From Eledone cirrhosa (lineage: Eukaryota): DNA of 64,000 nt. The translations under genes were made by a program, and so were the position numbers. The stretch lies in assembly GCA_964016885.1 (NCBI GenBank), contig OZ024740.1, positions 233,368,001-233,432,000 of the forward strand. Direction: 5' to 3'. Of the stretch, positions 56,471-64,000 are shown in pieces (positions within the stretch are counted from its first letter, which is position 1; every line of letters starts with the position of its first letter). The notes under the pieces were generated by a model that saw only the letters and a program-made list of their open reading frames with translations, made no database searches and was not told the DNA's origin.

Positions 56471-57644
56471 TTTACTTTAATAAAGGATGAACATTTTAAT
56501 TTAATAATGAACGATAAATTTAACCCAAATAATTTCGTCCAAGACATTACATCTGAATATATTTTTTCTGAAAAGTATTACACCGGAAATATTTGATCCT
56601 AGTCCTTTCTCAGTCTAAGCAACGAGGAATTTAATGAAAATTCGCTAAAGTCATTCAATGTGAACGTATATGAGTGTATGTGAGTGCGTCTTTGCAGGAA
56701 GCATGGGTGGTTGTATGAGCATGCATACGTTTTCATGTATGTGTATGTATATGTGTGTGGATGTCAGTGTGTGTGTAGAGAGATGTCATGTATGTATGCT
56801 CGTTTATGAGTATGTACATATTAACGTGTACGCGCTTTTCTATGTGTGTATGTATGTCTGTGCACGATCGTATATGTATTTGTAAGTCTACGAGTGTGCG
56901 TATGTGTATGTGTGCTTGTATACTTGTGGGTGTAGGAGGAGATTAAGCCTCGTTTTGGAGATCAACGTTTTCTCTCGTCTTTATCGTCGGAAGGTTTTGT
57001 AAAATAGGTCTTAAGCATGTTACTGCTCTTTTGATATTAGGAGCAGTACTGTTTCGTTGTTGTTTCCTTCTTTTAATTATGTTGTTTTTAGTCCGATTCA
57101 GCGATGTTTGAGCAGACCTCTAATCAATTCATAGCCTCCCGGCCATGACAATCCTGTATTTGTTTTTCACTTAATGTACTTCCACACTGTTCTACGCGCT
57201 CTTTACTTTTTAGGCAATGAGATGTGATTTGAGGGAGATTTGGATGTTAATTGTAGCAAATTGTGTAATCACAGGGATGGTCTTTTACTGGATATTAGCT
57301 GTGTTAAAACTTGTTGTTAGTTCTATTTAGCCCTAGCTCAGCACTCATTCAGCTGACTCTCTGGCGACGGCCATCTCGAATATAATTCCAGCAAAGAGTA
57401 TCAAATGCTCTAATGCATCTTTTTCTAAAGTGGGAAGATTCGGCTGATGTTTCTAGCAAGCCTAGTGACCACAATAGATTTATGTGCAGGCACTTTAAGG
57501 TTTATCTATTTGATGTTGATGTTGGTTAATGACCCCTGATCCAGTAGAACTATGATCAAAAACCGTTCAAACAGTGGCCATGATTTCCTTTTTCCAGACA
57601 TAATGTAACGCCCTACTTTATACAATGTTCCTTCTTTTTTAAAA

Positions 57645-57835
57645 TAATTGTTTCTACTTTTGGCCCAAGGCCAGCAATTACGCCTGTAAATTATTGGTGC
57701 TTTATTTTATCGACACCGTAAGGATGAAGGGCAAAGCTAACCTCGGTGGGATTTGAACTCAGAACGTAAAGGGCCATAACTCTACGTTACAAAGTATGGT
57801 ATCTGACGCTCCACCAATACTGCCAATCCACTGCC
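57645..57835 (-). mobile_element. Young SINE
   Basis: Consensus match. Confidence 0.88.
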
Positions 57836-58162
57836 AACTTATTTTTTAAAATATTAGAATATGATTTTGAGGGGAATTTAACTGTAATTTCTAGTAGGTG
57901 GAGTGACAGGTCTGAGGCACCTTCGTTTGTCGTACTTATTAATCTTTATACAATTGTCCTTGCTGCTGCTGCTGCTACTGTTGCTGTGCTGCTGTTGCTC
58001 ATGGTTGCTTAGAAACATCTTACTTAGATGTAAACTGGATCGGGTCAGTATAGCGTTACCAATAGCAACGCGACATCACTTGTCATTGATATGTGTATAG
58101 GTTATACTATCTGTACGTATCAGATTGGTTATCACTATATTTGCCGGCACCAAAACCTAGAA

Positions 58163-58232
58163 TTGCTGCTGCTGCTGCTGCTGCTACTGCTACTACTACC
58201 ACCGCCACCACCACCACCACCATCACCACCAA

Positions 58233-58301
<69 letters not shown>

Positions 58302-58347
58302 CACCACCACCACCACCACCACCACCACCACCACCACCACCACCACC

Positions 58348-58378
<31 letters not shown>

Positions 58379-58477
58379 GAACTACTACTACTACTACCAC
58401 CACCACCACTACTATTACTACTGCTACTACCACCACCACTACCACCACCACCACTACTAGTACTACTACCACCACCT

Positions 58478-58523
<46 letters not shown>

Positions 58524-58582
58524 CACCACCACCACCACTACTTCTACTACTACTACTAGTACTACTACTACTACCACCACCC

Positions 58583-58622
<40 letters not shown>

Positions 58623-58838
58623 CACCACTACTACTACTACTAGTACTACTACTACTACTACTACCACCACCACCACCACTACTATTACTACTGACACTAC
58701 CACCACCACTACCACCACCACCACTACTAGTACTACTACTACTACTACTACCACCTCCACCACTACTACTACTACTACCACCACCACCACCACTACTACC
58801 ACCACCACCACCACCACCACCACCACCACCACCACCTA

Positions 58839-58897
<59 letters not shown>

Positions 58898-58910
58898 TTG
58901 TTGCTACTAT
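58163..58910. repeat. Compound trinucleotide microsatellite (GCT/ACT/ACC/AAT)n
   Basis: Direct reading; explains the poly-T/P/L/V ORFs. Confidence 0.95.
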
Positions 58911-59459
58911 TTAGTGCTGTATATCAATAATCAAAGGTAAAATAATACAGGTGGGTCTTGTTTCCTCAACTTGTATAGTCACACGATGAGGCTATTTTAC
59001 CACCACCCACCGGCCCTTTCCGGGATGAAACATTGTAATTATAAAAACCAATATGATAACTTTAATCCGAACATACCACAGCATAAAAATCATAATTCCT
59101 CGTCCCAGAACTCAAACAATAATCTTTAATCAATTGAAATGATAACTGCAAGGCGAATTAAATTCATTTAACATTTATGTCATTTGCTAATCGATCGATA
59201 TATGATTTGAATCCTGGCAGTGGGCAAGTTTTTTTCTATTTTCTGTTTCAGGTTAATGATTATATAGTTTATAGCGTATGATATAATTTTGCATTGAAAA
59301 TCGTTGGAGTTTATTTATTCGTAATTTGATTCATAGGATTATTTCTCGTCATTAACATTTCTTCTAGATGAGCTGTGTATTGGACATCAGATTACAACAG
59401 TATATTTGTTGGTGTGTCTTTGTGTTTGTTGGAACTCTGGCGACAAGTGTTCTAGTTGA

Positions 59460-59740
59460 TTGACCAACAGAAAAGCCTGTTCATTACATAAACGTGCAAG
59501 TGGCTGGGCATTGCCTAAACACGTGTATCATTAACGTAATTCTCAGGGAGATTTAGCGAGCGAGAGAGAGAGTGTGTGACCAAGCTGAGCTTTAAATTTC
59601 AGATATAACTCACTTTTTTTCTAGTATAAGGTACTAAGCCAACGTGAAATTTATTGTTCAAAGACACAACTTGCCACCCGGAATCGAATTCACGTCGTGA
59701 CTCAATTAATCTAATCATTAAGCCACACGCCTTTGCACGT
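59460..59740 (-). mobile_element. Old diverged SINE
   Basis: Reverse of ggcgtgtggcttaatgattaga..gaattcgattccggg..gtgtctttgaacaa. Confidence 0.55.
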
Positions 59741-59909
59741 TGTAGTTGATACACGAATGTAAACACTGACATTGTGTGTATCTTTTATGGGCAGAAAATA
59801 TGTATCAGCCGGATTTGTTACAAACTTTTGTTGGGATGTCATCATTGACTGAGTATCATTTCTAAGTGGCTACCGAGACACTTCACTGCTCATTAATTTA
59901 CTAAGTGTA

Positions 59910-60325
59910 GGGCGGTGGATTGGCAGTATCGGTAGAGGGTCGGACTCCATGCTTTCCAGCATAGTTATGTCCCTTTACGATCTGAGTTCAAATCCCGCCG
60001 AGGTTGACTTTGCCTTTCATCCTTACGGGGTCGATAAAATAAAGTACCAGTAATGCACTGGGTAATTGCTGGCCTTGTGCCTAAAGTAGAAACAATTAAT
60101 TTACTAAGTGTAGGGCGGTGAATTGGCAGATTTGGTAGAACATCGAACACCCTCTGCTTCGCGGCATAGTTGCGGACCTTTTTATTCTGAGTTCAAATCC
60201 TGCCTAGGTTAGCTTTGCCTTTTATCCTTATGGGGTCAATAAAATAAAGTACCAGTCACGCACTGGGGTCGATTTAATCGATTTTCCCTTCCGCTACATT
60301 TCTGGTACCTATATCAGAAACCATT
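59910..60325 (+). mobile_element. Young SINE (59910-60097) inserted at the head of an older SINE (60110-60325)
   Basis: 26-bp duplication attaatttactaagtgtagggcggtg at 59892-59917 and 60095-60120. Confidence 0.85.
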
Positions 60326-60482
60326 AATTTACTACCGGTATATGTAAATTAGATTGATCGATTTGCATATTTAATAAATTCCAGACAGCTTGTTCGATTA
60401 ACACATTACCGATTGATTATCAGTGTTTTATTTCAATGCCAAACAGCCCTATGTAACATACCAATAGATATTAAAAAAGACA

Positions 60483-60510
60483 GGTTAGGGTTAGGGTTAG
60501 GGTTAGGGTT
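60483..60510 (+). repeat. Interstitial (TTAGGG)4
   Basis: ggttagggttagggttagggttagggtt. Confidence 0.9.
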
Positions 60511-61387
60511 GTATTTATATACAATGCATTCATGTACAGAAGAAAAGGGATACATTTCAGTTAAGGATTCAAACTAATTCAGTTGTCCTCTGTACAACTA
60601 TAAGGAGTACTCGATACTTCCCCTAGTCTGTCATAGCTTACAGCTCTATATGGACGTTTAAATTGAATAAATAAATAATAAATAAATATATAATTAATAT
60701 AGATAATAATTATATATTTTTTCATATATTCCAATATCTTAATAACAAAGCCGTAAAACATTATGCACACAAGCACACATACAAAATAGGAACGTCATTC
60801 TATTCCTCCCGTAGCATATCATTGAATTGAAATATATTCATGGGTACATTTTTTTCTGGAAGGCGTTATACATATATATTTTACTCGCTGAAGCATCTAT
60901 TCGAAGCTGAAACAGGTGAAACTCAGAGTAACACTTAGCTAAATTATAAATTATGACAAAACATATTGATCAATTTATTTATTTTTTTCTACACGTAATG
61001 CTTTGTACCATAACACAAGTGCACGTTCGCACGCACACACGTATAGTTGTGCATGTGTATCTGTGCATGTATGTATGTGTGCATGTATGTGTGCGTGTGT
61101 ATCTGTGGGTGCTTGTGGGGGGTGTGGGGTGTGCGTGCGTATATGTACTGGGACTTAACTTTGCATACCTGAAAGTTTAAGACTTAAAAGCAAGTACTTG
61201 ATAGTATCTGCGAAACTTTGAGTAAGACAGATTTAAGTCACAGTCTGTTTATACAAATCTGTACCCTTCACTACATATGTGTGGTTTTTACTAACCTTAT
61301 CCATACACATAGACTCTCACACGCATACGCAAACAGACACCAACACACACACACACACATATACATATATATGGGTTTGTGTGTGTG

Positions 61388-61588
61388 TATCCCGGGTTCA
61401 ATCTGGGGTAACCACAGTAAGTAAGGTACTCAATATATAGCAGAGTATAAATATTTAATATAGAGATGGCTTCTACAGGACTAGAACTGTTTCATTCGAA
61501 GGAAATCATCAGGAAAGCTGCTTTCTTGATGATTTCCTTCGAATGAAACAGTTCTAGTCCTGTAGAAGCCATTTCTATATTAAATATA
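61388..61588. mobile_element. Palindromic HHR element (same family as 44617)
   Basis: HHR 61469-61518 (-) intact; 61520-61569 (+) has core TTGATGA; tail hairpin 61425-61447. Confidence 0.85.
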
Positions 61589-61644
61589 TTTATATATATA
61601 TGAAATCGTGTGTGATATTGTTATATTGTTTTATTATGATTTCT

Positions 61645-61838
61645 GGCAATTGCTTTGCAGCATAGAGTTACGCCCCTTTACGGTCTGAGTTCAGATCCCG
61701 CCGATGTAAACTTTGCTTTTCATCCTTACAGAGTCGATAAAATAAAGCACCAGTAATGCAGTGGGGATGATTTAATCGACTTTCCCCTTCCCCTTAAAAA
61801 AAATTGCTGGCCTTGTGCCTAAAGTTGAAACAATTATT
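61645..61838 (+). mobile_element. SINE, subfamily with an internal gatttaatcgacttttcccc block
   Basis: Consensus match; duplication atttctggcaat. Confidence 0.85.
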
Positions 61839-62349
61839 ATTTCTGGCAATATTATAACAATACATATATACATATATATAGAGAGAAAGAGAAAATAGAA
61901 TAGGTTTCACCGTATTTTTGACTAAAGAAATTTTAGCCTGATAATGGGGTTTAGAACCCTCAGATAAATGGAAAAAGATAAGTATTGACGTACATGGAGT
62001 CGAACCCACATCTTTGGATAACCATAGACATACACTCACACACACACAATGAAAAAATAGCATTAACGACACGTACACCAACGAAATGCATTCCACCTGC
62101 ACACAAGTATATATACCAATGATAAACCCAGAATCTCCACTTACACTTGTACGTCGGACTACTTGCCTATCCTCCTCACTCATCCTGAAATGTTTTCCTA
62201 ACTTTACAACCCCCTCTTTCTCCGATTGTTGGTCTTTCTTAATGAAAGACTAACGTCCGATAGGTTGTAACGTTTATTTTCCTTTTCCAACAAGTGTGAA
62301 ACAAATAAGACTTTGTGTTATTGCACTTTCTGTACATTTTACTTATCTA

Positions 62350-62463
<114 letters not shown>

Positions 62464-62489
62464 CCTATCTATCTCTCTGTCTGAAATAG

Positions 62490-64000
62490 AGGAAGTTGTG
62501 TGCCAGTCACGCTGGTAAGTTTTTGTCTTTTATTTATAAAAAGCAAAAATTATTGTTTTAAAAAAATATACCACTATATAGATTGACCCTCTGACTAAAT
62601 TGTCAATGGGTGGGTCATTGAAATGTTCGCCCACCAGGGCAAATTTAATTTTCATAAAAAACTTTTCATAAAAAATTTATAACAATTTGTTTTGACTATG
62701 GATGATAACATTAAAGCGCTTCCCGCCAAAAATGGAAATGGGAGCGTTGAAATGAATGTCACTATGGCAACAAGTAGTGGCCGAGATAAATCACACCAAA
62801 ACAAAAGTATGGAAACACATACGGCACAAAAAAATATTGAACAAGAGAAAAACACAACTTCACAAATGAATTCCACAACCACAAATCAAGTAATTGAGAA
62901 CTACAGAAACAACAACAACAACAAAAACGACAACAATGACAGCAACAACAACAGCAACAATGATGATAACAACACCAACAGCAGCAACAGTAATGACAAC
63001 AACACCAACAAGAACAACTCCACAAACAAGGAAAAAAAGGTTTGTTTGCACAAACTGTCCAAAAGACAGAACTATATACACAGATTGACATCTCTAATGC
63101 CGGAAAATTGCTAAGTGATGCCAAGCAATATATAACTTTTGGGGAGAATGGCGCTTTTAGCATCACTTCTCCCCAAGAATTGCGTAGAGACACTGTCCTG
63201 AAAACTATAGTTTTTAGGACAATCTCAAATACCACCAGAGAACCAGCTCAATTAACTCAAAACGAAATTGTGTTGTTCTAAGAAACTCTATGAAGGACAT
63301 TACCTTCATACAGAAGGGAAAACTCTTCGGGAGTTTATCAATAATAATTGTTTCTACTTTAGGCACAAGGCCAGCAATTACCCAGTGCATTACTGGTACT
63401 TTATTTTATCGACCCCGTAAGGATGAAAGGCAAAGTCAACCTCGGCGGGAATAATGAAAGACCAATTGATGGTACAGAAATATTCTGTGTTGCCAATTGT
63501 GCCCCCCCCCCCCCCATCTACACCTTTTCCCCCACATATATGGGAAAAAGGACCCAAAAATAAAAGTAACAAATATCATACCAAATGTAAACATCTGGTG
63601 GATATTAGCTGGTTTCATCAATTTTGATGAAGATAGAGAAATTTCGGGAGGAAAGTCCTCCAGGGGCATATTCAACGGTACAAGCTTAGAAGTTCTGGTC
63701 CAAATGAGACTAGAACGGATAGCTAGAATACCACAACGTGTGCCTCTGGATGGAAATTTCTACATAAACATTTCTGTTGAGGGTAGGCGGCCTTCATGTT
63801 ACCAGCGTTTAAGCAGTGGTCACTTGAGGGCTTCCTGTCCTCAATTAACTGCATAAAAAAAGGCACTACTGCCGACACCCAACACAACAACACAACAACC
63901 ACCTCCACAACAACACACAAAAATAACAAAAACAAACCAAACTGCAAACACAGTGCCACCCAACCCCTCCCCACCTAAAACAACTCCAAAAACACCCGCA
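62490..64000 (+). mobile_element. 5' part of an L1/Tx1-like LINE: frameshifted ORF1 (gag-like)
   Basis: ORFs 62692-63114, 63042-63281 and 63497-63856; IPQRVPL..VEGRRPSCYQRLSSGHLRASCP is a degenerate CCHC knuckle; SINE inserted at 63343-63449. Confidence 0.6.
63343..63449 (-). mobile_element. 5'-truncated young SINE
   Basis: Consensus 3' half. Confidence 0.9.

Noticed and set aside
58091-58930. Mucin-like poly-Thr or poly-Pro/Leu ORFs of ~280 aa
   Set aside because: Pure trinucleotide microsatellite open in several frames; no splice or domain evidence.
58975-59045. Degenerate hammerhead (gggatGAAAcattgTA)
   Set aside because: No intact CUGANGA core or stem I; possibly an old relic but unsupported.

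Overview
AT-rich, microsatellite-saturated animal genomic DNA with no confidently identifiable host exon. The tRNA-derived SINEs look like those of octopod cephalopods (inference). Recognisable content is almost all transposable element debris: two CRE-like RLE non-LTR fragments, an RTE 3' fragment, an RTE-BovB-like LINE between two L1/Tx1-like ORF2 relics, a long R4/Dong-like relic, a Tigger/pogo DNA transposon, an L1/Tx1-like ORF1 at the right edge, and more than 20 SINE copies. The main signal is about 25 type I hammerhead ribozyme (HHR) motifs (CUGANGA...GAAA...UH with pairing stem I), read by eye, from more than 10 sequence families. They sit in short non-coding elements inserted in (TA)n tracts, arranged as inverted repeats/palindromes or partial tandems, which is the known architecture of Penelope-like element pseudo-LTRs and retrozymes. 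Across unrelated families, one arm carries a downstream ACTC...TTGAGT hairpin tail, and the opposite arm joins (TA)n a few bases before that hairpin. All coordinates were counted by hand and may be off by a few bases.
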